The notes under the pieces were generated by a model. The model was not told the origin of the DNA. It did no database searches and saw only the letters and a list, made by a program, of their open reading frames with translations. The position numbers and the translations under genes are program-made. Positions 40,531 to 53,248 of a DNA stretch of 64,000 nucleotides are shown here, in pieces. Numbering within the stretch: the first letter of the stretch is position 1; every line of letters starts with the position of its first letter. Source of the DNA: Squalus acanthias (lineage: Eukaryota); contig CM059432.1 of NCBI GenBank assembly GCA_030390025.1, forward strand, positions 135,224,001-135,288,000. Direction: 5' to 3'.

Positions 40531-43500
40531 AAGATGTTCTGTTCTACCGCCCCACTGCTAATTTGTTCCACAATTCTATCACACTTACTGAAAAAATTTT
40601 GCCTAAATTTCCTATTTTCATTTGTCACCCTGAACTTTAAACTCTGACCCTCTTGTCCTCAAATCCTGTGTCCAAGAACTTTCCAAGGACTAATTTTCCC
40701 TACCCTTGAAAATCTTAAAGACCTCTATCAAGTCTCCCTTATCTTCCTCTTCTCATGAGAGTAAAGTCCTGGATTGGATAAGCTTTTCTCATTAACTCAG
40801 CCTCCTAGTTCATGAATCAGCCTCAGCCCTCATAATCCAACATCTTTTCTGTAACACAGAAAAAAAAGCTGAACACAGTACTCCAAATGTGGTCTTACCA
40901 AAGCCAGATCAACATTTTCAACATCAGTTCCTTTGACTTGCAGGCCACACCCCTAGTTATACATCCTAACATTCTACTTGCTTTCTTGCCTGCCTAAGAT
41001 CTCTGAGCTGACAGTTTTAATGACCTAGCCACCAAAACCCCAGATCTCTTTCCTGCTCTGTTAAGTCACGTACATTACCATATGAAGTGTGTTCTACATT
41101 CTCACTTCTGTCAAATCTTCACATTCTTCTGTGTTGAGTTCCATCTGCCACTCGTCTGCCCATTGCACCAGCCTATCTAGGTGCCTCAGTGGTCGAACAT
41201 TGATTAGTATCATTGGGCACTGCAGCCAATCTGGAGTCATCTACAAATTTATGGTGCATTTACACCCCAAATTTAGTGGCAGTGTAAAGTGCCTTTGGAT
41301 TTGCACCAAGGCTAAATTTACATAGTGTAAATCAGGTGCTAAGGTCCAAAGTAAAGAGAATGCGATTCTCTCCTTCAGAAATTCTCACTCTGCTTCATGT
41401 CAAGTTGTGCCCTGACTCCAGATTGAGGATGCCTTTACACTCTAACTGCAGTGTTGGTGTGAATCAAAACCACTTCATATCGATACTGCAATTATAATGT
41501 AAATGCACCCTTAGACACAAAGGACAATATTCTGCTTTCCAAGTCACTTATATAAAAAAAATTTAAAACACTGACCCCCCAACACCGATCCCTGTGGGAC
41601 TTCATTGGCAACTAGTTTCCACTTTGTACCTCACTCAAGTGACCATTCTTAATGTGCGAGTCTAGACAATGAGTGTTGCTATCATAGTCAATGATTGAGG
41701 TATAACAGCAAGGCCCAATCCTGTCCATATGCCATGTCCACATACATACACTTCCAGCAGGGATCACTGGATCTTGATCAGGAGTGCAAACCTGTCTGAT
41801 TTTCCTCTCCCTGATTCAAAGTGCCAAGGTCAGTTAACTTGTAGCTCCCTATAATTCCCCAAGCACAAGCCATGAATCAAACCTGGGACTGTATGACTCA
41901 GATACTTACAGTCCTACATTTTTTGAGAATGAGTGGAAGTAGAGGAGGACCACTTTAAATGAAAAAAATTGGTGCGCCTCTTTGGAGCAATGTGATTTGC
42001 CAGTAATAAGCATGTGCCTTTTCTGTTCACGTTGCTTTCTAGTAATCTACTTGGCTGCTGATGAGCACAATGTCTGTGTTTGATGATAGAGCTCTGGATC
42101 AATGCTAGTAAAGGGCGGCCAGTTGGAGATAGGGATTCAATGTTTTTCAATGCTGTTGCTTGGTTGTGGGTAAGTGACGAGAGCTGCGGCTGGGGAACCC
42201 AGTGCCAGGAGGGAGTTGAAGTGGGAGGTGCGGGACATGATGTTGGCAGTGTAAAGACTGTGAGTCTGTGTGTTATTTCCTTCTAATTCCAATTTGATCT
42301 GATCCCAAACTCTCAGATAGAAAAACTCACTAAAGCACCTCATTCGGCGTTTCCTGGTTCCTGAGAAAGGATAAAGTCCCCTTCTTGCTCCACAAGCAAT
42401 GTCCCCCTTTTTCTCCAGTGTCATCACTTAAGTGTGACTGGTTAGTATAATTGCCACTGTTTTATGTTTAATGTTTGTTTTATTGGAATTGATGAAAACT
42501 TCAGCACAGAGTACAACATTTAGTGACATTACAGTGAAAATTATATTTATCATTGGCAAGAAATTGTTTCTCCGAGTACATATTTCATAACGTTTTGGTG
42601 AAGTCAATTTTTTTTAAAGAGGGTGTATTATTTGACTTAATATGTAACATACTTCTGAACAATATATAACTCATACAGAAAGATAACATTTAAATTAGTT
42701 TACAGGATAGAATTCCAAAAAGCAAAGCACTCAATGAAATTTCTGAGGACGGATTATCTCTTTATATATGTAATCTTTCAAACTGGTCTTCACTTGTATA
42801 TCATTTTTTTTTTAAACCGGGATACAAACCATCTGTTGACATTCGTTTTGAACATGCCTCAAAGAGTTACTGAGCATTAAAATTAGAGCCCCTATCTCTC
42901 TTCCTGCTTTGCTCTCCCACCTCATACTCCCATTCTCCACCCAAAATGCTCCACTTCCTGGTCATGTCAGGGGAGATCTACCAGTCATGTATTTTGCAGG
43001 GTTCCTGCATCTATCCATTTGAGCTTGAGTGATGTAGACAGAGGATCCCGTTGGTGTGCATCTGCTTATCACTGTTGTCAGTGTGATCAGCCTTTTGTCG
43101 CAGAGAGTCTGTGATCTGCTTTCTGCCATCTGTTAGCATAGACTGACAACTTTGATAAGATGTGGGCACGCTCCAAGGGGATTCCCTTGGACTGGAATGG
43201 TTCTCGCCATTAAATTCATCGCTTAGCAGTTAAAACTGATGAACTCCACAGAGGAGATTTAAAAATGGGATTATTTTAAAGAAAGAAATGGTCCATTGCA
43301 TTTTTTTTAAACACCCGAGCCTCATCTAAGGCAACAATTTATCCTTTAACTAATGTTTCAGTTTTACTATTGAAATATCAATCTTTTTGTGTGCTTCATC
43401 ACTTGTTAGTAAACCAATCACATTATAACAATCCATATATAATTTAGGTTAAAAGTGGTGGATATTTTAAGACGGAGAACTTAACTGAAGTTGCTACAGG

Positions 43501-44921
43501 ATAATATACTCATTCTTTGATGTGTTCCACGTGCTTATTTTTAAGTGCTTTCTATTCTGAGAAATAGGTGGAGCCTAAAAAAGTCATTTCAATTTAAAAA
43601 AAAAAGAGAAGTTGACATAATGCACTGACTTGTATCAGATCCTTGAGGACACGCTCTTTATTCTTTAAAAATTTCATTTCAACTGAGTTTTCGGTCTGTT
43701 TTGCAAAAATGTCATCTTTGTAGACAAAACTATTTTGCAGTGCAAAAATATATTTTTCGATATGCAACAATGATTTGTTTGGTGTTGGATTTCTCCTCAA
43801 TCTTGTGATGTCTTCATGTAAATAAAGTGTAGTATTTCATTTTACTTTTTGGTCCTTAATTTGTTTAATCCTTATTTTCCAAAGACCCTTCTACTAACCA
43901 TAAGAATTAACCTGGCAATGTAAAAATGGGAAGGTCAAGAGAAAGGTAAAAGATTCACTTGCTCTCTGATGTTCCCTCCCTCGCCCTCAAGTTGCCTCAC
44001 TTCATCTCAGCCTCTTCCCAATAACCAAGCTAAACTCAACAATTTAGGGTAAACGTGTAGCCATTTTGACTTTTTTCATTTTAGGTGCTGAAATGACAGC
44101 GGGCGCCAGCTGAAGAAGACTATAACAACGGCAGATGTTTTACAAAATCTGCTCCACTTTTTCCTGCAAGAACATAAAGATGAGGGGTTTTAATAGAGTG
44201 GATAGGGAGAAATCGTTTCCACTGGCAGGAGGGTCAGTAGCCAGAGGACACAGATTTAAGATAATTGGCAAAAAATCCAGGGGGGGAAATGAAAATTTTT
44301 TTTATGCAGCGAGTTATGATGATCTGGAATGTACTGCCTGAAAGGGTGGTGGTAACTGATGTAATAGTTACTTTCGAAAGGGAATTGGATATATACTTGA
44401 AAAGGAGACATTTGCAGGGCTTTGGGGAAAGAGCAGGGGGGAGTGGGACTAATTGGATCGCTCTTTCAAAGAGCCGGCACAGGCACGATGGGCCGAATGG
44501 CCTCCTTCTGCGCTGTATGATTCTGTGAAGAAATTGTACGAGGATACCACCGGGCAATGAACGATGTAATGCATGGTCTGGCAATTCTGGTTTAGCAAGT
44601 GTTCGTTAACCCTGCAATTGCGCTTCTATATACAAACTTCACTCTTCCAAACAATGACATGGCCAATGAGAGAGTGTCACAGACAGTAACAGCAATGTGA
44701 ATAGCTACACATCTAGTATTTTGTGCAAGCTTTTTGGGCTGATGCAGAATGTGGAGATGGAACCAGCAGCGGCGCTGATGTTCCTGGCAGAAACATGGAG
44801 GCCTGGGTTAAACACGAGCAAGTGTTACAGCGCCTCTCCAGTCATAATCTTGTTGAAGGCTGAGACACATGTCCCTGATGTCAGACAGAGTGAACTGTGG
44901 CATTGAGTTTCCACTCAACCG

Positions 44922-45375
44922 TGTCAGCCATGGTGGCACTCTCGCCTCTGAGTCAGAAGGTTGTGGGTTCAAGTCCCACTCCAGGGACTTCAGCACAAAA
45001 TCTAAGCTGACACTCCACTGCAGTACTGAGGGAGTGCTGCACTGCCAGAGGTGCCATCTTTCAGAAAAGACATTAAATCGAGGCCCCGCCTGCCCTCTCA
45101 GGCGGATGTAAAAGATCCCATGGAACTATTTTGTCGAAGAGCAGGGGAGTTCTCCCCAGTATCCTGGCCAATATTTATCCCTCAATCAACATCACTAAAA
45201 AAAACAGATTATCTGATCAGTACCTCATTGCTGTTTGTGGGACATTGTTGCGCACAAATTGGCTGCCATATTTCCTACATTACAACAGTGACTGCACTTC
45301 AAAAGTAATTAATTGGCTGTAAAGCGCTTTGGGACGTCCTGATGTTGTGATAGGTGCTATATAAATGCAAGTTTT
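44922..45375 (+). mobile_element. tRNA-headed SINE with Deu-like core and L2-like tail (SacSINE1/DeuSINE-like)
   Basis: Head with B-box-like ggttcaagtcc, core ttaaatcgaggcccc...taaaagatcccatgg...cctggccaatattt, tail gctttgggacgtcctga...ataaatgcaagt. Many partial copies elsewhere in the window. Confidence 0.75.
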
Positions 45376-47384
45376 TTTTTCAACAGATCTCCTGCAGCTT
45401 TTACTATAATGACGAGAGACAAGGAAAACAACTGAAAAATGTTGGCATATCATCGGATGGCCACATTTGAGCATGCTCACTTGGGCAAGGTACACCTAAT
45501 TGTGCAATAATCTATCAACTCGTGGTAGACGCTTAAAAAGACTATTTTTAATAGGGATCCTCTTGTGTGTGTGTGTGTGTGAAAGGGAGGGGCAAAGGGC
45601 AGGCCTTTGGGGAGCTTTGATTATGCTGATGAACGATATAAATGCGAGTCTTTCTTTCAAATTTGTTTTAAATGCATGCAACCTAGAAGTCATTTAAACT
45701 TTTAAAAATAGCAGTAAAATAAAATGTTAACATGAATCCAGGAGTGCTGCTAATGAGACTCCCTCCTGAAGTATTCACACTTCAGTGCTGACGTCAAGGA
45801 AAACAAGATCTGCAGCGCGATTAAGCCCATCGCCTGTGCCGTTTGGATATAGTGACGTGTCAGAATGCTACATCTGCTGTCAGTTTAAGCAACCACTTCA
45901 ATGTTGGAGCGCTGTGAGGACATACAAAAGGTTACGAGGTTGGGGTAAACATGTATGACACCTGCATAGAATTTCTTTCTTTTTTAAAAAAAAAATCTAT
46001 ATATAATCGCGCCTTTGTACCGTTTTGATACGAGATTCTTGCGTGAACCCACAGCTCAAATGGCCCCTAGCCTAACTGACTGGAGCCAGTGACTTTTAAG
46101 GTTTGCCTTTGCGCGGGTGACCACTAGTGGCTGGTGCCGAGATGTGCTGCTTTTCATGTCCACGTGGTTCAGATCCCGCCCCTCGCCCTTTTCTGTTTAC
46201 TGAATCTCAAAATGATGACTGGCACTTCTGCAGGCATTCCTCATCCAAAAGGTGTCGACACACGAAAAATATCTTTAAAAAAAATAAATAAACCCTTCTC
46301 TTCCTCTCCTCCCCAGCTTCGCGAGTCTTGAATTTGCATGTCAGGGTGCACCTCTGCTTTGAGCTAATCTGCCAGTTCAACTAAAAGAGTTGAGGCAAAT
46401 ATGGGGCAAGAGCGGAGGGGGGGGGGGGGGGGGGCTGGGACTAATTGGATTAGCTCTTTCAAAGAGCCGGCACAGGCACGATGGGTCGAATGGCCTCCTT
46501 CTGTGCTGTATCATTCTATTAAAAAGGAAAAGCGGCTCACACTATAGAAAGTCGGCTTCAGTTTCTGAAGTGAATGCTGACGATTGCACGTGAACGACGT
46601 TGGATTGAAAGTTCGGGGGTCGACATGTGGTATTGGTATTGAAAGGTCTACATATGGTATTGGGACATTTCAGTTTGTTATGAAAACCCAGTCATTTTAT
46701 ATCCAGTTGACACCTCATTAATCACATGAGACGCGTGTAACATCTTGAATAAATGCCAAGTGCTTTGAATTAGAATGTGTACTTTGGCATGGATTGCCAC
46801 TGCCCAGACGATTGAATTAGACCATTCAGATACCTTTTTTTTTCTCCTCTTCCCCTGACCATTTCTGCCAAGAGAGAGAAAAACAATCCCCTCGTCTGCT
46901 CAAAATACTGGCATCGGTTAGATTTCGTAGCAGGGCAATAGATGCAAATGATGAATATTAATGTAAAATATTCAACCGCATTTTAAACTTTTTTTTAAAA
47001 TATACAAGTCAATGCACATTGGCATTACTGACAGTGAATAGACGCACAGAGTAATCTCCCAGTGTGCAGACAGGACACCTCGGCAAACAACCAGACTTTA
47101 CACACGTCTGCACTGGGAAAGACCAGGGGAACACCGCCTCGGAGCCGCTAAACCCTCTGCAAATTCACTTCCAACCTTCCAATTCTGCATCAAGAATTGT
47201 GTTTTCCACCCCCCCTCAAACACAGCGCTGTCTTGAATATTACCCACCCTTGTAGATATAATAATCCACCCTTGTGAATCCTGAGTTCACAATACGTCAC
47301 CAAATCAAAGGCAAACTCGCGTCACAGTATTAAAGAAAACTATTGTCTCAGCTAACAAGTACAATAAGAAAAATAATGACTTAC

Positions 47385-47403
47385 CTTCCTCTGCAGATTT
47401 CAT
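47385..47403 (-). CDS. NFATC1: NFATC1 alternative first coding exon, alpha type (MKSAEE + phase-1 G)
   Basis: Minus strand reads ggcagc ATG AAA TCT GCA GAG GAA G|gtaagt. MKSAEE matches the end of mammalian NFATC1 exon 1-alpha. The donor is consensus and phase 1 fits the exon 2 acceptor. It lies downstream of a CpG-rich region. Confidence 0.82.
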
Positions 47404-47477
47404 GCTGCCTTGGAGACAAGACGATGAGGACCACAGAACAACTTTTCTTTCTTCGCTTAGCCCCAAGGATTCCGCAG

Positions 47478-47525
47478 CTAGAAAGCGGTCTGTGAGAGAT
47501 TGACAAAGTATCCAGTCAGTAGCAT
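47478..47525 (-). other. Candidate upstream ORF (MLLTGYFVNLSQTAF*) in the putative NFATC1 exon 1-alpha 5' leader
   Basis: ATG at 47525, 15 codons, TAG at 47478-47480; out of frame with, and ending upstream of, the MKSAEE ATG. The transcription start is unknown. Confidence 0.4.
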
Positions 47526-47625
47526 TCTGGTGCACTTCGCGTCTACTTGCTTGCTTTCTTCCTTCTGGTGGTGCTTGCTGCCACTGGTTGGAGCAGCCGT
47601 GATTCCCACAGTTGGAATGTTAAAT

Positions 47626-47745
47626 TGTGGGGCTGGTGCTATCCCTGCTGTGGGTGTGGGGCTGGTGCAATCCCTGCCGTGGACTGTGGGTGTGGGGCTG
47701 GTGCTATCCCTGTTGCTGTGGGGCTGGTGCTATCCCTGCTGCTGC
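47626..47745. repeat. Imperfect ~23-37-bp minisatellite (tgtggggctggtgctatccctg) x4
   Basis: Four visible copies of ggggctggtgc(t/a)atccctg; a (GT)n microsatellite follows at 47795-47818. Confidence 0.8.
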
Positions 47746-47979
47746 TGCTCTTGACGGACAGGAGTTTCCCCGGGCAGGAGCTGGGCTCCACTGATGTGTG
47801 TGTGTGTGTGTGTGTGTGATGGAGAGCCGCCAGCAGCTGAGACTGTGTCAGACACACTCCTTCCTTCCCTCCCTCCCTCTATCCCACTCACACAAACTGA
47901 CGGACTCCAGGAGTCTTTAAAACAAATTAAAGCTGGAAACCACCCCCCCCCCCCCCCCCCCACACACACCTTTCAGCAG

Positions 47980-48345
47980 ACGCGCGTGCACGTGTATTTG
48001 AGCGTGCACAACCCCTGCCGGTTGCGCGTGCACGCCCCCCCAACCAGATGTGCGCGCGTGCCTGTTCTCGTCCTTCGTGCACGCGCACTGTACGCGTGCA
48101 CACTCCCCATCCCCCTGCGCGCGTGCATCATTCTCATCCTCCTCCGCGCCCGCGCGCTCCGGGGTAAAGCCGAAACAAAAACAAAGTGGGAAGCGAGTCT
48201 GGAGGGGAGAGCGGTGCGGAGCTCCCCCGGCTGCCACTCACTCTCACTCACCCACCGGCTCCGCGACCAATGCTGCTCGCTCTTGCTCTCGAGGCCCGGG
48301 CTCCCGGGCGTGCATTGGTGAGGAACGCCCGCCTGCCGCTGGAAG
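47980..48345 (-). promoter_or_regulatory. CpG-island-like region, likely NFATC1 distal (P1-equivalent) promoter
   Basis: Dense CpG/GC-rich tract (many cgcgcg/gcgtgc) in an AT-rich window, just upstream of exon 1-alpha on the minus strand. Confidence 0.6.
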
Positions 48346-48860
48346 CTGAACTGACAGCAGCCACCTTACCTGTTACCTGAGCTAGCATCCAATCAGTAAA
48401 GGACAACTCTTTACTACCTAATTATTATAGGAACGCTTGAACTGTTACATCCAGGTTGATTATGGCTGTCTGTGCAGCGAGCCAAGGCAGGTCAAAACAT
48501 ATTACTAAGATGCACAATATTTTCAATAGGATCATCATTTGAAGATGAATACATTTTATACAAGATTATTTTTTTAAATTCTATTAACGAATATATTATA
48601 AATCAGGGTGACACGAAAATCTTAACATATTACAAGCTTTCAGAGGCGATTCCTTCACTGCTGCTATAAATCTTTCTGTAAACAGAGTATTTTTGTTATA
48701 ATTATAAATTAAAGCTATATTGTATTTTCCTTACTGAACTATTTCAAAAGGTTTTTGAATAACATGGATCTGATAATCCTGTGAAATAGTGGCTTTCAGA
48801 ACATTTAATACTGGGGGAGAACTCAAATATATACTTTTTTTTAAAGCTACGTTTTCTTTT

Positions 48861-49555
48861 CTGAAAGTTAACATGCAGGTACAGCAAGCAATTAGGAAAG
48901 CAAATGGTATGTTGGCTTTTATTACAGAAGGATTTGAGTATAAGAGTAAAGACGTCTTACTGCAATTATATAGGGCCCTGGTGAGACCACACCTGAAGTA
49001 TTGTGTACAGTTTTGGTCTCCTTACCTACAGAAGGATATACTTGCCATAGAGGGAGTGCAACGAAGGTTCACCAGACTGGTTCCTGGGATGGGGGGGTTG
49101 TCCTATGAGGAGAAATTGAGTAGACTAGGCCTATATTCTCTAGAGTTTAGAAGAATGAGAGGTGATCTCATTGAAACATACAAAATTCTTACAGGGCTTG
49201 ACAGGGTAGATGCAGGGAGAATGTTTCCCCTGGCTGGGGAGTCTAGAACCAGGGGTCACAGTCTCAGGATAAGGGGTCGGCCATTTCGGACTGAGATGAG
49301 GAGAAATTTCTTCACTCAGAGGGTGGTGAATCTTTGGAATTCTCTACCCCAGAGAGCTGTGGAGGCTCAGTCGTTGAGTATATTCAAGACAGAGATCGAT
49401 AGATTTTTGGATATTACGGGAATCAAGCGATATGGGGATAGTGCAGGAAAGTGGAGTTGAGGTAGAAGATCAGCCATGATCTTATTGAATGGTGGAGCAG
49501 ACTCGAGGGGCCGAATGGCCTACTCGTGCTCCTATTTCTTATGTTCTTATGTTCT
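48861..49555 (+). mobile_element. CR1 3' fragment upstream of the NFATC1 P1 region
   Basis: ORF 48789-49460 and a TTCTTATG tail. Confidence 0.85.
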
Positions 49556-50999
49556 TTTTCCTCCCTCTGGGTATATCCCTGGTCACCATTGCCAGGTGTT
49601 GCACAGCAGCCTTGGGTGACAGTTTATTCTGCTGGTGAGGACCATCTTCAGAACCAAAGAATGACTTTGTTGTTACATATTCCCCATTGTGTCCTGGCCA
49701 ATATTTATCCCTCAACATCACGAAAACAGATTATCTGATCATTATCTCATTGCTGTTTGTGGGACCTTGCTGTGTGCAACTTGGCTGCCGCATTTTCTGC
49801 ATTACGATAGTGACTACACTTACAGTGTTTCATTGGCTGTAAAGCGCTTTGGGACGTCCTGAGGTTGTGAAAGATGCTATAGAAATGCAAGTTCTTTCTT
49901 TACGTCATTGTATAATGCCTTTTTTAAACCTACAGGTATGCAAGCTAAATACATGCTGATTCCTGGCACCGCACCCATATGAACAGGTTGATTGAAGAGG
50001 GACAAGATATAATGGCCACACATGTGGAGCAATATGGAGGTTTACTGCACAGCACTACACATGTGCAGTACTTCACATGCTCTCCCAAGAGCTGAGGGCA
50101 GAAACCCTGTGGTTTTGTGACTCAATGGTTCCTGCATTTTCAGTCAGTCCATAAGAGGCCATATAGATGGGTGTTGCCAGTTGGAAGGCCAGAAAAATAT
50201 TGAAAAGGAAGTCTGAGATTTAGGAAGCTAATTTGGTGCTGAGGTGCAGGCCAGCAGTCAGTAGAAGAGGAAATTACAATGAAACTATTATTTGGAGGTG
50301 GGCTCTTTTATAGTACTGTACTAAAAGAGTTCTGGACATAATTTGGGGTGGGTTGAGCTTAAACTTTAGCAATGGATTTCTGCCTCTGGCACAAAGAGTT
50401 AAGCATAATGGAGTTAACAGAATAGTAAACAGATTGGTTACTGATGGAACGATTATTGAGAAATAATTTAATTGACAGATCCAGATGATATTGCACCTGC
50501 GGCATTAGATTGTTGGGAAATAACACCTGTCTCCATTCTACAGGTTTATGATAGATGGCATCATGTCACTGAGAACATTACAATACAGTGACCTCCAGTC
50601 CTGTCTGAAGCAGACAGACACAGTCTGATTCTAGTTTCTGACTATCGGTTCCTGATTGCCATTTTGCTCTTCAAACAGACCCCTTTCCAATAGGTACATC
50701 ATTTGCTTTGTTTTTCTTCTTTTGAAACACTTTTTTTTCATAAAACACACGGGAAAGTAAGAATCACACTTTCAAAATTACAAAAACATCACAGTAACAA
50801 AGCAACATCCCAAAACAGCTTCAACTGACTTTACTTGACACAGAACAATTACTGAAGTAGTCCTTTAAATCAACTTTATGAGCTGAAAAGTGTTTTAAAT
50901 GTAAATTTTAAGGACTATATAGTAATTTTATTTCTGTGTTGTGCTGATAACTATGGTTATCCAATCAATCTCATTTGGCTGGAAATAGAAAGAAAGAAG

Positions 51000-51318
51000 A
51001 AAGACAGACTTGCATTTATATAGCGCCTTTCACGACCATCGGACATCCCAAAGCGCTTTACAGCCAATGAAGTACTTTTTGAAGTGTAGTCACTGTTGTA
51101 ATGTAGGAAACGTGACAGCCAATTTGCGCACAGCAAGCTCCCACAAACAGCAGTGTGTTAATGACCAGATAATCTGTTTTAGTGATGTTGATTGAAGGAT
51201 AAATATTGGCTAGGACACCGGGGAGAACGCCCCTGCTCTTCTTCAAAATAGTGCCACAGGATCTTTTACGTCCACCTGAGAGAGTAGACGGGGCCTCGGT
51301 TTAACATCTCATCCGAAA
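51000..51318 (-). mobile_element. SINE copy (same family as 44922-45375), 5'-truncated; others at ~28170-28470, 32885-33262, 49680-49900, 60705-61020
   Basis: Reverse-complement similarity to 45075-45375. Confidence 0.7.
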
Positions 51319-52991
51319 AATGAGCTATGTTCTGTACATTTTGGACTGAGTACAGTTCTCCTAAACATACAGTGAAATAACATTAAACATTGAAAGTCAA
51401 ATTAGCTGGTATAATATAGGATTTAATAACAGAAGTCTGACTCCCATTAAATCCCATCAGAAAGCTGCCAGGTTCAAAGCAACTTACCAAAAAAAGAATA
51501 AAATTGCCCCCACGAATACCACTTGGATACATTATAAAGAGTAACACAGTCGGAATGTGTTTGAAAGGCATAATACATGTGAAGGTGGTGGGGAGGTTAA
51601 TACAACATTATTAAACCATTCAGACTTCACTCACACAGTTTACTATGCCTCCCAATAGGTATTGCTTTGTAACACCTCAGCCTGTGTGTTTTTCGATATG
51701 GAACACACTCCTAAGTATCTTATGTTCTATATAAATACAATATATAAATATTTAGAAAGAGGTGCAGTTTTTGCTTTTCACTGTTAGAAATGTGTTAGCA
51801 ATACGGCATGCCTCGTGATACATTTAGTATTCCCTCAGGTCAGCGTCAGACAAATCCAATATTTTTTCAGGTCCTCTGGCATTAAATTGATACGGACTGG
51901 ATACTTGGAGGGACTGCAAAGCAGTAGTCTCATTGGATTCAAATGATGTCATAAACCTTCATGATTTATAAGCGCCATCTGAAACCTGAGATGAGATTAC
52001 AATCTAAAATCACTCGAGGGTGTCAAAAATAACACGTGCTGTAAAGTTCATGGAGGTTGTTCAACTCAATCATAGTTTTCTTTGTTAGCATAAACTGTAA
52101 TAGAAGACACGTGCAGTTGATTCATGACAGTTATGACATAACTACTGCAATTGAATCAAGCGATAATCCACTGTGGAGAATTGGGACGTAACATGGTCAG
52201 AATATACAGCATAAACAACAGCTGAAAGTGTGCTGGAAGTGAACTTGAGGGGTTCAGATAATGCATAAACTACAAAAGTGGATCTTAAGTGGTTTACAGT
52301 CATTACAAGCCCCGACAGTGTGCTCTAGCATGAACAAATGCCAAAGTTATATTTTATATTTAAATTTATATTTTTATTATGCATACAATTTTGTACTATT
52401 TACCATTCTGGAGCTGTTCCAGTGTGAGCCTGTGTGTACAATAACTACTACCATTACACCGCTGGGATTTTCTGTGGTGTTTGTATCGCGGCTGGAAGAA
52501 TGAGCATTTTAAGCATTATGATGGAAGACTGAGGAATAATGGGGGCAGGTGATTAAGAAGAAAGGTTTTATGAGAAATTCTGTTGTACTCAAGCATAACA
52601 CTCCTGTATTTTATGTAACTATTTAACATGTACTGGACATTGTTTTCTGGTTATTAGAAGCAGATTCTTACTTGATAAACTAGCTGTGAATAGATCACAA
52701 TCATTAATCCATCAGTGAGGCTGTGATTATGTATCAAATACAGTAACCTGTCAATGTCTTGTCGTGACACTTGCAAAAACAACAACTTGCATTTCTAAAA
52801 ATGTCTCAAGGCACTTCACAGAGGCGTAATCAGACAAAAAAATGTCAAGCCAAGGAAGGAGATTTTAGGAGGGCCGACCAAAAGCTTTGTCAAAGAGGTA
52901 TCACCTCCCAAACCCGCGATCTCCACCACCTAGAAGGACAAGGGCGGCAGCTGCATGAGAACACCACCAAGTTCCCCTCCAAGTCACACAC

Positions 52992-53185
52992 TGTCGTAAG
53001 AATGAGCCTTACGCGTGGTGAACTTAAAGTAAGCTTTAATCAACTAAAAAGGTGCTACATACAAAAGAGGTCTTACTCTATGCCTCTCCAGGATCCAACT
53101 GATCAGCCCAGTATTTATCCTGGACTAATCACAGGAAGTGATGTAATAAAGTTCGAGTCACAGGAAGCTGTATTGTGTTACCACA
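52992..53185 (-). repeat. 3' LTR of Gypsy element
   Basis: Preceded on the minus strand by the polypurine tract GGGGGGGGAGAA. Confidence 0.95.
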
Positions 53186-53248
53186 TTCTCCCCCCCCAAA
53201 AGATTAGGAGGCCGGGATGAAGTTCGAGTCACAGGAAGCTGTATTGTG

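Noticed and set aside
44922..44985. tRNA-like sequence (also 59225-59297 and ~30600-30670)
   Set aside because: These are SINE heads with a degenerate cloverleaf, continuous with SINE body sequence where that can be followed; not tRNA genes.
47794..48380. Several long ORFs on both strands in the GC-rich region
   Set aside because: Low stop-codon density of a CpG island and microsatellites; no recognisable protein.
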